Assembly: GCF_009834535.1 (NCBI RefSeq)
Contig: NC_045696.1
Coordinates: 13,456,001-13,520,000 of the forward strand
Source: Camelus ferus
Taxonomy: Eukaryota
Reading direction: 5' to 3'
Length of the DNA stretch: 64,000 nt
Each line of letters opens with the position of its first letter. Position 1 is the first letter of the stretch. Below the pieces are notes generated by a model. It did not search any database. It was not told the origin of the DNA and saw nothing but the letters and a program-made list of their open reading frames with translations. Below are positions 38,565-52,110 of the stretch, one piece after another. A program made the translations under genes and the position numbers.

Positions 38565-39450
38565 ACATATTCATAAAATACATATTTGGTAAGTACCTAC
38601 TGTGTGCCAAGTGTTATTCTTAGTTCTGAAGATAGAGTGACCACAGATATAGATGATTCCCACTATGTGTAACTTAAGAAAAGTTAAGAAAACATAAACA
38701 TAATCATACATGTCACAGTGTGCTGTGAGCAATGGAAAAAAAAAAAAAAGCAGGGTGATATTCTAAAGAGTATACATTTGGTGATGATGGGGAGAGGATG
38801 AGTGAGGAGGTAAGCGTTTTCAAAAGAGATAACATTTATATAATGAAGGGACCAGCCATGTAAAGAGCCACCTACAATGCGCTTCAGGCAGTGTGATGGA
38901 TGAAAGATGGCCACAAATCACTTGCCTCTCTTCCCTTTAGCTTTTTGCTTGGCCTGGGATTTGCTTTGACCAGTAGAATGTGGTGGATGACCCCATGTAC
39001 CTTCTGAGGCCAGACCACAGAGATCAGCAACTTTCTCTTTTATGAGTTCAAACACTCTCTCTCAGACCCAACCATATGCTTGAGAAGTCCAAGCCACACA
39101 TTTTGATCACAGTGAGGAGGACAAAAGCATTGTGGTTGACAGCCTCAGGTTAGCTCCCAGATGACAGCCAGCACCAACTGCCAGCCATGGGAATAAGCCA
39201 TCTTGGCGGTTCCAACCCACTAGAGGACTGCAATCCCAGCAGTACTGCACGAAGCAGAACCACCCAGCTGAGCTCAGTAAATGCACAGAATCAGGGAGGG
39301 AATGCATGATTTTGTTTGTTTGTTTGTTTAAGCTACTGAGCAGAGGAGTGGTTTGCTAAGTAGTGATATGTGAAAGAGGTAGTTCAGGAAGCATGTGTAA
39401 AAAATCTTATGAAGGGAAAGAGCTTGTCATTCAAAGAACAAAAATGAGCC
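38565..39450 (-). mobile_element. L2 3' fragment interrupted by MLT1
   Basis: tattcat...catatttggtaagtacctactgtgtgccaag start. L2-like sequence resumes after 39382 (gaagcatgtgtaaaaa...gggaaagagcttg). Confidence 0.65.
38892..39377 (+). mobile_element. MLT1 (MLT1G/H-like) MaLR solo LTR
   Basis: tgtgatggatgaaagatggccacaaat...ttgctttgaccagtagaatgtgg...gacagccagcaccaactgccagccatg...tttaagctactgag. 5-bp TSD ggcag (38887-38891) / ggtag (39378-39382). Confidence 0.88.
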
Positions 39451-39559
39451 TCCTTGAAGACACAGAATTATCTTATATGCATTTTCCCCAGCCAGTTACT
39501 AGATGAATATGCATGAGTAACCATAAAGTTCTTTCCATTTCTCCATCTAAAAAATTCTT

Positions 39560-39855
39560 ATTTATCCTTTATAATTTGACTAAATGCTGGCCTCGCCATG
39601 AAATTATCTTCTATTTACTGTAATTTATATTTTGAGTTCTTTCCTTTTTCTTATCTGTTTTATACTAATAATCAGTGACATAAGTTGCTGCACTTTCTTG
39701 ATGTCTGATTACTTTGTATGTGCTGCTGTTTTGTTTTTTTCTTCTTCCCAACTAGCTCCCAAGGTCCTTGAAGGCAGAAGTCTGTTCTTATCCTCAGTCA
39801 TAATCTCGTTTTGTCTCTAACATGGTGCTGGGCTCATTAAATCGCTGCTTGTCTG
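39560..39855 (+). mobile_element. L2 3' end fragment
   Basis: cttcccaactagctcccaaggtccttgaaggcagaagtctgttctta...tctaacatggtgctgggc. Confidence 0.65.
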
Positions 39856-41496
39856 TTGCTATTACCTGAAGGACTCAATTCAATAGTAATTCAACAATTT
39901 TATGCCCACACAGAAGTGATGTTTAATATATATGAGAGGTAGCTTGATTCATTTAATGGTTTTCAAATATGAAGGAGGGTAGAAAAATATGTTTCTATAT
40001 TCTGGATGTGGTTCCAGTTACCTAACTTCCAGCAACCATTTAAACTTACCTTATAAACTCCTGAGGTTCTGTGAAACAGTATAACACTTAGTAAGTGAAA
40101 TAGAAGCCTGGTGAGTCAAATAAAAATAATAGCTTTGCATTTGACCTTTAGCAAGTAAAGAATTCTCAGGTAGATAAACTTGCAATGGTTCTAGTTCATT
40201 AGGCTACTCAGCGATGCATCGACTAATGGTTGTTTCTGGAAAGAAAGTCGTAAGAACAAACCAGGGTCCTTAACACTGGACTCTAAGGTCCCAGATTTAC
40301 CACAAAGGCAAGCAGTGCACATTGTCCTCCAAATGGGAAAAGTGAAAATAAAACATGAAAACTCCTTTAACCATCCAAATCCGGATCCTGTTTAGAGATA
40401 CACAAGACACCCAGGAAGGTAATAGCATAAGTAGGTTTAGAGTTAAAAAGAACACAGTGTATAATCCTGTGGGATTGTGAATGGAACTAGAAAGGTTGGT
40501 TCACAATAATTCAAACTTTTTTTAATATTTGTGTATTTCTTCCTAAAGCACTCTATTTTTCCCCCTCATTACAAGAAAGTTAGAACAGACACATTTAGAA
40601 GGCTTAGGAGAGCTGTGCTCTGCAGTGGAAACCACAGAATAATTACAAAGGAAATACTTATGCCAAAGCCAAGCAAAACAACCCCTACAGGTTTCAACAG
40701 GCTTCCTTCAAGCCTAACTCTCCCTAAAAGGAGAAATGTACTGTGCACCCTATTGATAAGAAATGAGATAGACACAAAAATCCTACTGACTCCCATGCTC
40801 TGCTCCATTTTAGACAAGGAAGCACATTGTCTCCTATTAAACAGGATTTTTCCTTTGTAATATGGTTCTATTATCTGTTCATATCATTGCTCTATAGGAT
40901 GCTATGAATAAAACACATTACTTATAACAGAAGTTGAACAGAGAGCTGGGATGAATTTTCATACTCATGTATTTTCAGACAAAGCCGTATTCCAACACAT
41001 GATGTCATATTCTAAACACAAGAGTTTGCCCGTTATGAGCCCTTTCTTCCCAGGATACCTTTCAAAGAATCCCATGTAGCTATCCTATTATAAAAAATGT
41101 CTGCCGATGAAGCAGCATCTTCTTAAACTGTTTAGCGTTTCTCTTGGTATGATAGAGAGGTAGAACAGCTTGGGAGTATTTTTTTTCCCACATGAGAAAC
41201 TAATTTTGATCCCCCCTCCCCCGCTCAAACTCATAACAGAAAAGCAGGAGAGACACTGATGATAGAATCAGGGAGAGAATTTCCTGGCAGCCATTCAGAG
41301 CTCTCAGTCTGTCATTTGATGACATAATAGATGAGAAAACATGAGAGTGGAGGTCAAGTTTTCTAACCTATCAGATAAAGTTTGCACGCTCCTGAACCAA
41401 TCATCAGGGAGTCCTGAACCAGGTGGCATTAATAGTAATAACTGTAAACAGCATAACATGTAAACAACAAGCATGTAAACAGCATGTCAGGTAGTG

Positions 41497-41589
41497 TGCA
41501 AGTTATGAGATAAAAGACAACAAAGCCTACTTCAAAGGTAAGTGTATGTACCCAGTAGGTGTAGCTGGAACAGTTAGTTAAGGGAAGGA
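41497..41589 (+). repeat. Dispersed local duplication, copy A (contains AAG|GTAAGT at 41537|41538)
   Basis: About 80% identical by hand alignment to 43572-43667. Confidence 0.9.
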
Positions 41590-43571
41590 GAGTATTAATT
41601 ATCCCTGTCTTAAAGATAAGAATTGAAATTTAGGAGTTAAGAAGCTTGGTTAAAAAAAAGAAACTGGCTAAACCACTTGCTTTTAACCACTACCCATTTG
41701 CTACATCCATAAAGCTATGGTTACTGACTGCTGGAAGGGAAATTTGGTTGAATACCTAGGTTTCATCCACAGAGCTATCCAGGAAAAGCCACTAATCACA
41801 GGAAGACCCTGGTTCACTTGGCATCAGTATTCCTCAAAACTGTCCCATAAAAGATGGCAATCTTCACTGAAGAGTTTCATTATCATTTACATTATTGGAA
41901 CAGTTTCTCTATTCTGGGTTACATAGAGTAAGTGAGAATAAATTGCAGTTTGACCTTGGATTTGCTTTCATGGGATACTACGTGTATGTGAGAAATCTAT
42001 ATTAGGGAAATGGGCATTGTGTAGTTTAAACAGGGACTTAATTTTCTTGTTCTGAGCCTTTGCTACACAGATTCCAACTAAACACAGGCATATTACATAC
42101 TCTTTCCCATGTCACAGTACTGACCAAGCTACAAGTACTCCAGGTGGGACTCAGATGGATGGGGTGATTATTTATTTCTTCTTACATAAGAAAAATAAGT
42201 CCCTTCCTAGAGATTTGAAAAAGCTTGTGGTATAGATTTGGAGTTGAGGGGTGTGGAGAGAGGATTTAGTCCTGGATTAAATGCAATACCTATTTTTCCA
42301 TTTAGAATTTTAGTGAATAAATACTTTGTCCTATGAAACTTGCTTCAAAGAAGATATTAATGAAAAGGGAGGGTGAAGGAGACGTGTTGCCAAAATTTCT
42401 ACTTGTCATCAGTGAATACACGCTGAATGTACCTATGGTGGCCTGCCCTAAATGCCCTGTCATGTCAGCAGCCTCTCTTTGGCAGGGAGGACCACTGTGC
42501 TATCTCTCATTAAGCACTAAACTTTAGGAGTTGCATGAACGGCCATAATCCATCAAGAGCATTCAAAGCTGTTGTCAGTGTGAACACCACCAATTATCTA
42601 AATTTATAAGTGATATAAACAGGAATACCCAAATTAAACTTTTAAATCGCTGCCTCTCCACCATTTGGTCTTCTTTATCTTTCCCATTAGAACCATTGTT
42701 AGTCTAGCAGTCTTAACTAATTCAGAGGAGACGTCAGTAGAAGATCAATGTGTGAATCCCCCATGGCCTATTTAATGTTAACATGCTCCTTTTATGAAAC
42801 ACTCTTTCTATAGATTTAGAATGTGTTATTGCCACAGTTTCCGACGGACCTGCAAAACGCTCAGTAAACAATACAGTTTCTTCCCTAATAACAGGAATCA
42901 TGTGCATACTGGACACAATTTTTTTTTAAATTGAATTACAACATGAGATTAGTTGAACTTAAAATCAAGTAGGAAAGGCTTGCAAGTTCCAAGGGGTCAT
43001 AATTAATATAAATGTATTTTGCTGTTATCCAGAGATAAAAAATATAAGGTCTGTTCTATCTTTTGCCTCACTGCCTCCACCTTTTTCTCAGATTGATTTT
43101 GCTCTGTGGGTCTGCATGTATTTGCCGTGGAAACCAACACCGGAACTGTCTTGGGGATATAGAATCAGCCAAATGGAACAGTATGTTCATTGCATAGGAT
43201 GACAGTGGGAGTCCAGTAAGAAGGAAAAGCATCCTCACGTACTGATCATAAAGATGGAGAAGTAGGGCAGGTGATTGTTCCCTACTGAATGCAAGACACT
43301 GCAAAGGACTTACAACCTAGTCCTGAAATACATCCTTTCTTGTGTGTAACAATTTCAAGGGTAAATTCAAAAGACCTAAAATGTTTACTCTTTCTGCTTC
43401 TCTTTCCTACTTAGAGTGGGTCCTTTCTACTCTTTTTGTCTGCCTTATCACATACTCCCTTATCACCAGGTTAAAAGAAGTCTAGGCAAGATTGACAGTC
43501 GAATATAGGACTGTATGCATAAGCATAAATCTTTATATGTGCACAGATACTCAGAAACAAAGAGAATGACC

Positions 43572-43667
43572 TGCGAGTTATGAGAAAAATGGTAACAAAG
43601 CTAATTTCAAAGGTAAGTGTGTGTACCTGGGCACAGGTGTAGCTGGAGCAGTTAGTTAGGGGACGGA
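43572..43667 (+). repeat. Dispersed local duplication, copy B (contains AAG|GTAAGT at 43612|43613)
   Basis: Shared blocks agttatgaga, aacaaagc, ttcaaaggtaagtgt, aggtgtagctgga, cagttagtta. Confidence 0.9.
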
Positions 43668-44269
43668 AAAACATCAAAGTTAAAGAGAAATAGTTTATTA
43701 GATTTATTTCAGGGCTATGATTAAATCAGAGCTCATTAAAATTCCTTGAGTCTTTCTTTTCTTTTTTTTTTTTTTTCCCACCGCAGGCATGTGAATTTTT
43801 GCTAATTGTATGGTGGTTTTATAAATATTGAGTAAGATGTTCTGGCCAAACAGTGAAAAGTACTTTGATTCTAAATTGGGCAACTTTGAAGTTTACATTA
43901 ACTCTTTCATGACGCTGAAAGAAACAGAATTATGCATTTTCAGACCACAGAGCCATTGCTTCACTACACATTCACTCTGTTTCTTCCTAAAAACTTCAGG
44001 TATTCTTCAATTTACTTCCCAGGAAATAAATTTACTTCCTAGGGTAAAGTTTGGGCACTTGGAAGCTCTAATTCAGTAATCTAAGTTGTTCACAGACCTA
44101 TGACTCCCATATTCCACTCATTTTTAGTTATCAAGAAGAGACATTGAACTCTCCTGAGGGATTTCCTCCAAGACTTCACTTTCATTAAGTAGTCAACTGG
44201 GGACTTTAGACATTGATAAGTCAAGATATTAAGCAATCAAATTAGCACAGCTCTTCCTAATATACAAGA

Positions 44270-44710
44270 TGTGTCATTTAGAGCTGGGCCAGGCTGCCAA
44301 TAACAAAATACATAACCAACAGTGGCTTCAAATATATATTTGGTATAAATTTTCTCATGTAAGAAGAAAGAACTAAGGGTTTGCTTCCATGGGCTCAACT
44401 GCTCGCTCATGCCAGCCTGGACCTGAGTTCTTATCATCATTCCTTCTTTCTCAGCATGTTCACATTTTCCCTTATATTCCAGATATCACATCCATGATTG
44501 CAGCAAGAGGAGGGGGAAGTGGAAGAAACTCCCAGAGAATATCTGCTCATATCTCATTGTTCAGAACTGTACAATATGGCCAATTCTAGTAAGAATGGGA
44601 GCCATGAGTATCTCTCTAGGGCTAGGTATAGTGCTTTCCTGAATAAAATCAGGGTTTGGTCTGCAGGGAAGAAGAGGAGAATAGGATTGGGATGGAAACT
44701 AAGAGTGTCA
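44270..44710 (-). mobile_element. MLT1K-like MaLR LTR
   Basis: ggctgccaataacaaaa...aacagtggcttcaa...ctgctcatatctcattgttcagaactg...tgaataaaatcagggtt matches antisense old MLT1. Confidence 0.75.
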
Positions 44711-47015
44711 GGTGAGCTATGGTGAAAACAGACCCCTCAAGTGCCAGAAGTCAGGTGATTTGAAGAACTAGGGGCACCTCGATGAGGAACCATCCCTCCT
44801 TGTTTCCATTTAACAACCACTCCCTTCTTAAGGTTTTATTATAGGCTAGTCCTGCATTTCTGAGAAACTGTGGCCCTACAGCTAAGAAATTCCAGAAGTA
44901 TTTCTAAACCCACTAACAGAACTGTTCAATAATTAACAGCTGATGTGTAGCTTTGAAGAGCCTGGAGTCCTTTTACATATACTTGCAAGCACAATAAATC
45001 AAGTCTCAAGGGCTGGAAATTTGTACTCTCCAAAGACGCCCACCATTTGTTCACCACTGTGGTGGTGTTTTAAATAAAAAGAATCTATTTTCCAATATCC
45101 TTTGAAGAACAGGTGGTTGTCCTGACCTTCTCTCACAGAGACGTTTCCCTTTTAATAAACGGCAACTCAAATGACCCCATCCTATTTTTTGTGACTCTCT
45201 CTTAAAGTCTCCACAAAGATGTCCCAGATCTGTTAGTTTCTGCTTCTCAAAACAGCTCTGAGGAAGCTGGCTTCTCAAGGACAGATATCTTTGCATGGAT
45301 CTCTTAGAATGAGGCAACTAGACTTCTAAAATCTCCTCATTTGAATCAAAAGAACAACTCTTTACAAATATATGAGAACTTTTTGACCATAGAATACAAA
45401 ATTAACTTTAGATAATGATTAAACTGAATAACTATGTGTGGACCAGGTAATTAAAATAAATGGAAATGTTATGATATAGTAAGAGTGATTTTTTTTTTCT
45501 TTGAAATATTTTTAAGGATGTGCTTAAGCGTATTTTCAACTTAAAAAGAGTAGAAGAGATATTTACTCTTTATACCCATTTAAAAAATGCCTTTAAAGTA
45601 TAGAGGAAACCTTTATATCTAAATCAAGTGTGAGTGCTTACTCCTATTGTGGACCACTCTGATTAGGATAAATACAAAGTCATAAGCAAAGTCTGCATTC
45701 TTCCATAGAAATTTCCTGATTCCTGAAACATTTGCTTTTCCTTTTGTTCCTGTTTCTCCTCCTCTTCCTCTTCCCTTTTCCTCTATTCTAGTGAATGTCC
45801 TGCTATATAATAAAGATTTCCCAGTGGGCTATCACGTGACATTGCACTCTATAAATCTTGTATTCATTCAACAACACTATGTAACATACATGATCTAAAT
45901 TACTACTAAATAAGGAAAATTACCCCCTATTTTAGAAACCTCTAATTTTTCATGGTTTGTCCTGTGTCTCTTTCCCCAATTTAAATCAGGATGTTTCACC
46001 AAATAACAAATAGAAGATGTGACTTAAAGACTGATTTACTTTATATTTTGATGTCCTGCTTTTAGGTAACTTCTAAATGCACTCATATAGAACTATCACC
46101 AAAGAAAGAAAGGAAAAAAATAACTCAATGTGATTACATAATACATATAGGTCATAATTATAACTATTAATGGTGTATGTTTTGAATAAGTATGTCCTTT
46201 TTAGAGCTGTGTTTTTTTTTTAAATACCACCTCAGTTCCTGTCTCACCTATGAAAATTCCTAGACCTCTTGGGCCAGAGTAATTGTGTCCATGTTTAAAT
46301 TCAGTATTTGCCTTCCATTTGACAATTAACCACATTACACCTCCTGTCCAAATTATAATTTAATTTCTAATATCAGAAATATTTTCATATATTCCTTGTA
46401 TTCTCAAAATATTTTGATTTTCTTCAGTGTCCTCCACACAGTATGCCTTCAATTGACTACAAACTGTTTTTTTTCTCAAAATTAAAAGGTAGGCTTCTCC
46501 TTTAAAAATGATAATCTTGTTTCATGCATTTGGAAATTACCTAACACAGGATACCAATATGTAAAGCAAATCAATCTTTGACTCACTTCCTGAAGGATTT
46601 TCACCATAAGCTTCTTTTAAGCACTTGAGTTTTACTTTCTGCTGAGATTCCAAGTTTTTAAATTTCCTGTCCTGAGCTCATTGTGCATTCTCTTCGTCAA
46701 TACTCAGTCTCAAGGAATCAAGGAGCCAGCCAATAATTACTACCCCAACCAGCGGAAATCAGACCCACATTTCTTGATGTCTGCATAAGTGTAAGTACAG
46801 CTGCAGATCTGTGTCTCATCCAGGAAATATGATAATACATATTGTGTGATACTAGTGTAACTGAAGTACAAAATGAGGTGTTTCTGAAATGCTCCAGAGT
46901 TAAAATGTCAGTATTCTAACAGGAAGTAGATCTAAACTTGTCAAGCTGGTCTTAGTTATCAGGTTCTCCAAAAATCTGCAACCAAGAATAATTGGCAGGC
47001 ACACGATATAAATGT

Positions 47016-47035
47016 CACACACACACACACACACA
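47016..47035 (+). repeat. (CA)10 microsatellite
   Basis: Read directly. Confidence 0.95.
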
Positions 47036-47139
47036 TTCCTACACACATATACAATAATTTTTAAACAAACAAAACTATAAGAAGATGCCTTTGCTATACA
47101 AATGCAGGAAAAGGCTGGAGATAGAGAGAGATTGTTTAT

Positions 47140-49689
47140 TAACACCTATCCTTCTGAAGCTATTCTAAAACATTGCAGAGAAAGGAACACTTCCAAACTC
47201 ATTCTGTGAGATCACCATCACCTTGATACCGAAACCAGACAAAGATATCACCAAAAAGAAAATTACAGGCCAATATCACTTATGGATATAGATGCAAAAA
47301 TTCTCAACAAAATACTGGCAAACTGGCTCCAAAAATACGTGAAAAAATCATACACTGTAATAAGGTGGGATGTATTCCAGAGATGCAAGGATTTTTCAAT
47401 GTCTGCAAATCAACCAGTGTGACATTAACAAACTGAAGAATAAAAACCATATGATCATCTCAATAGACACAGAAAAAGCTTTTGCTAAAATTCAGCATCC
47501 ATTTGTGATTAAAAAAAAAACTTCAGGAAGTTGGCATAGAGGGAACATACCTCAACACAATAAAGGCCATATATGACAAACCCACAGCTAACATCATACT
47601 CCATGGTGAAAAGCTCAAAGCACTTCCTCTAAGATCAGAAATAAGACAAGAATGCCCACTCTCACCATTTTTATTTAATATAGTTTTTAAGTCCTAGCCA
47701 CAGCAATCAGAGAAGAGAAAGAAATAAAAGGAATCTGAATTGGAAAAAAAGAAGTAAAACTGTCACTGTTTGCAGATGACATGATACTATACACAGAAAA
47801 TCCTAAAGAAACTACCAGAAAACTACTAGAACTCATCAATTAATTTGGTGAAGTTTCTGGATACAAAATAATATACAGAAATCTATTGCATTTCTAAACA
47901 CTAATAATGAAATATCAGAAAGAGAAATTAAGGAAACAATCCCACTTGCCATTGCGTCAAAAAGAATAAAATACCTAGAAGTAAACCTAAGGTGGCAAAA
48001 GACTTGTACTCTGAAAACCGTAAGACACTGATGAAAGAAACTGAAGATGACACAAACAAATGGAAAGAGATGCTGTGTTCTCAGATTGGAAGAATCGATA
48101 TTGTTAACATGACCATACTACCCAAGGCAATCTACAGACTCAGTGCAATCCCTATCAAGTTACCAAGGGCATTTGTCACAGAACTAGAACAGAAAATGTT
48201 AAAATTTGTATAGAGACACAAAAGACCCAGAATAGCCAAATCAATCTTGAGAAAGAAAAACAGAGCTGGAGGAATCACACTCCCTGTCTTCAGACTACAC
48301 TAAAAAGCTACAGTAATCAAAACAGTACAGTATCTGCACAAAGACAGACATGTAGATCAATAGAACAGTATAGAAAGCCCAGAAATAAACTCACACGCTT
48401 ATGGTCAATAAATCTATAACAAAGGAGGCAAGAATATACAATGGAGAAAAGGCAGTCTCTTCAGTAAGTGGTGCTGGGAAAACTGGACAGCTGCATGTAA
48501 AAGACTGAAATTAGAACATTCTCTAACACCATCTACAAAAAATAAACTCAAAATAGATTAAAAACCTAAATGAAGTATAGGATGCTATAAAACTCCTAGA
48601 GGGAAACATAGGCAGAACACTCTTTGACATAAATTGCAGCAATATATTTTTTGGATACTAGAGTAATGGAAATAAAAACAAAAATAAACAAATAAGGCTT
48701 AATTAAACTTAAAAGCTTTTCCACAGTGAAGGAAACCATAAACAAAACAGAAAGACAACCTATGGACTGGGAGAAAATATTTGCAAATGATACCAACATT
48801 TAATATATTAATTTCCAAAATATACAAACAGCTCATACAGCTTAATATCAAAAAACAAACAACTCTATCAAAAAATGGGCAGAAGACCTATTTCTCCAAA
48901 GAAGACATCCAGATGGCCAACAGGTACATGAAAGGATGCTCAATATTGCTAATTATTAGAGAAATGCAAATCGGAACCACAATGAGGTATCACTTTACAC
49001 CAGTTAGAGTGGCCGTCATCAAAAAGTCTACAAACAACAAATGCTGGAGAAAGTATTGAGAAAAGGAAACCCTCCTATACTGTTGGCAGGAATGTAAATT
49101 AATGCAGCCACGATGGAGAATAGTATGGAGGTTCCTTTAAAAACTAAAAATAGAATTACTTTATGATCCTGCAACCCCATTCCTGGGCATATATCCTGAG
49201 AAAACTAATTCAAAAAGATACATGCACCCCAATGTTCATAGCAGCCCTATTTACAATAGCCAAGACATAAAAGCAAGCTAAATATCCACCAATAGGTGAA
49301 AGGATAAAGAAGATGTGGGATATATATTCAATGGAATATTAGTCATAAAAAAGAACAAAATAATGCCATTTGCAGCAACATCGATGGACCTGAAGATTAT
49401 CATATTATGTGAAGTAAATTAGAGAAAGACAATATCAGTGATGTTACTTATATTTTGAATCTAAAAATGATACAAATGGGCTTATTTAAAAAACAAAAAT
49501 AGACTCACAGACATAGAAAACTTACAGTTACCAGAGGGGAAAGCAGTGGGAGGAGGAAGATACATTCAGAGTTTGGGATTAACATACACACATTATATAA
49601 AATAGATAAACAACAAGTATCCACTGTATAGCACAGAGAACTATATTTAATATCTTGTAATAACTTATAATGGGAAAGAATCTAAAAAA

Positions 49690-49735
<46 letters not shown>

Positions 49736-49818
49736 AACTGAATCACTTTGCTGTACACATGCAACTAACACAACCTTGTAAATTAACTATACTTCAGTTT
49801 TAAAAAATGGTTAAAAAA
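47140..49818 (+). mobile_element. Older 5'-truncated L1 (~2.7 kb, cetartiodactyl-type 3' UTR), ORF2 heavily disrupted
   Basis: ORF2 remnants ([14 protein letters not shown], tttgcagatgac = [33 protein letters not shown]). The 3' UTR has (TA)n at ~49692-49731 followed by gtataactgaatcactttgctgtacac. Degenerate 15-bp TSD at 47125-47139 / 49819-49833. Confidence 0.96.
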
Positions 49819-50964
49819 AGAGAGCTCATTTATATGGCCAAGTGTTGGAAACAAAATAACACAAATGAGACCAAACTGATCTGTTCTTTTCTTTTAATCT
49901 ATAGCTCTCTTACCATCATCGTAGGTAAAGTTGTATCTGTATCGAGAAGATATTCATTACTATCTGGTGACTCAGATACCTTAAACTGACCCACAGAAAG
50001 TTTCTGATGTAACATTTCTTTTCACATTTAATTCTAAAATTAACTAAAAGTGCATGCCTCAACGGACTGTGTAATACATTAATAATTTCTTTCAGAATGA
50101 AACTAATCATTTTTAGATCATTTTGATAAGAACAGCCCTATCATTCTCTTTGATCATCTCTTCTGTGGAAAAAAAAATTAAAGAAAATGCCAAGTACTTA
50201 AATCACTCACAAAAAGTGAAATATCTCCAGCACGAACCCAATCATTCAGCATCACTGAGTCTCTCACAAATATCGTGCATAAAATATTTTCATTTTGAGT
50301 CAGACGTGGAGAAGGGAATGAGTCTATGTTCTGTGTAGGAAGGCAGCCAAGCACTTTATCAACATCCTTTAAAATTTGGATTTTGTTCTATTATAACCAC
50401 ACGGCGATAGCCTATGTGGTGTTCACAATGCGTTCTACATCCTGAAAATTGTTATGTTTAAAAATTCCATCCCCTCCCCTTTCTGTGATAAAGATTTGTT
50501 TTCAACATCATCAATAGCTGAAGCGATGTTCATCTGTGACCATCTGTTCTTATTATAAAACAGTAGATTTTGGCAGAATTTTCAAGCACTGAGCTTGTCC
50601 AAACATTAGAACACCTGTTTGATCCTTACCCTTCAGATGGTGGAGTGTGAGTAGGAGACTGGGCATAGGGAAAGAAAGGTGTCAAAATTTCTTCTGAATT
50701 GGGAAATATCAAATAAATGAATTAATTTTTTTCAGGTGATGATCACTCATCCTCTACTGTTAGAAAAAGTTACTGCACTAAGTGTTTAAAACTGTGATTC
50801 ATACTGAAACATCTATAGTTAATTTGGAAATGGGGAAAATACACAAATATATTTGAGATCACCTGTACATAAAGAAATTATTATCATTTACTGAATAAAT
50901 ACCTTATTCCTAGAGTAGTGTCAGCACCTAGTGGGAACTTAATTTACATATCCTTCGTAAACAA

Positions 50965-51065
50965 AGGTGTGTTTAATCCTCATAAGGCAGTGGGGTTTGT
51001 ATTAACATTTTCATTTTACAGATGAGTAAGACTGAGGCTAAAATATTATGCAGAGTTGTGACTCA
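50965..51065 (-). mobile_element. MIR core
   Basis: tttaatcctcataa...cattttacagatgagtaagactgaggct. Confidence 0.75.
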
Positions 51066-51979
51066 GAGAAATGTCTTCTGACTGCTAGCCACATAATTTT
51101 CCATTAGACAATATGAGAAACTTGGTTTCAAATGTGTTTCCTCCATTAATAACTTCTCAATAGATACTAGAAAGACTTGAAATACCAAAGCCAAGGGGTA
51201 TTGGTTTGGAAAAGCTAGCCAGAGGAGGCAACTTTTGCTTAGTTTTGAAAGCAGAAGCAACATGTTCAAGAAGCTAGGAGGTAAGGGGAGGAAGTGACAT
51301 AAATTCTTGGAACAAGTACATTTACTAGAGCGTTGCCACAAGCAGGCAGTGAGAAGAGATGTTTCTATTTATACGGAAGGAGGAATAATTGGTAGTGAGC
51401 TTTGAAACCTACAATTAGGAGCTTGGATTTGATACTGAGCAGAATTGGGAAAGTGATTGATGTGATTAAAACAACAGTGGTGGGTGAGTGTCACTGCTGG
51501 GTAAAGAATGGGTTGGCAGGCCTGGGTGCCTGGCTGCCTGGAAGGCTGGCACGGCATTATACAGCCCAGACCAGCTGCTGATGGCCCTCGACTGAGCCGA
51601 GACTGAGATCTATTGAGACAGAATCCACAAGTTTGAGCCCTGGCCTCCAGGCTCCTCTATGCCCTTCAGAAAGCCCTGATGAGTGTGAAGCCCCTCATTT
51701 TGTCTTTCCCCTTAAAACATAGTATGTTTAGTGTTATCTTAGGATATCCAATTTGTAGATGAATTAAAACAAAATGTTTTATTTTGTCATTGAGGTACCT
51801 CTGAATCAAGCAAAAACAGTCTGCGGTGATTTAAAAACTAAAGCTAAAATAATACATTTGTTAGTTTGGATGGAAAGGTAAAGGTTATCTTCTCTGTTTC
51901 CTTTTTTTTTATTTGTATTTTTTTAAACAAGGAAATTAGGACTTGGAGAGGTGACGTGATTTCTTTCATTGATTCATTT

Positions 51980-52110
51980 AGCACAAGCTCTGGAGTCAGA
52001 TTCATCTTAAATTTGAGTTCCAGCTTTCCATTTATTATCTGGGTAAGTTTAGAAAAGCCATTTGACTTTCTCTGTTTCTTCATTTACAAAATAAAGATAA
52101 ACACGGCGCA
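51980..52110 (+). mobile_element. MIR SINE
   Basis: agctctggagtcaga...tttgagttccagctt...tttctctgtttcttcatttacaaaat. Confidence 0.7.

Noticed and set aside
50920..50940. CTCF-like motif (minus strand ccactaggtgct); also gcgccctct near 55689
   Set aside because: Each matches only part of the core and mismatches key positions.
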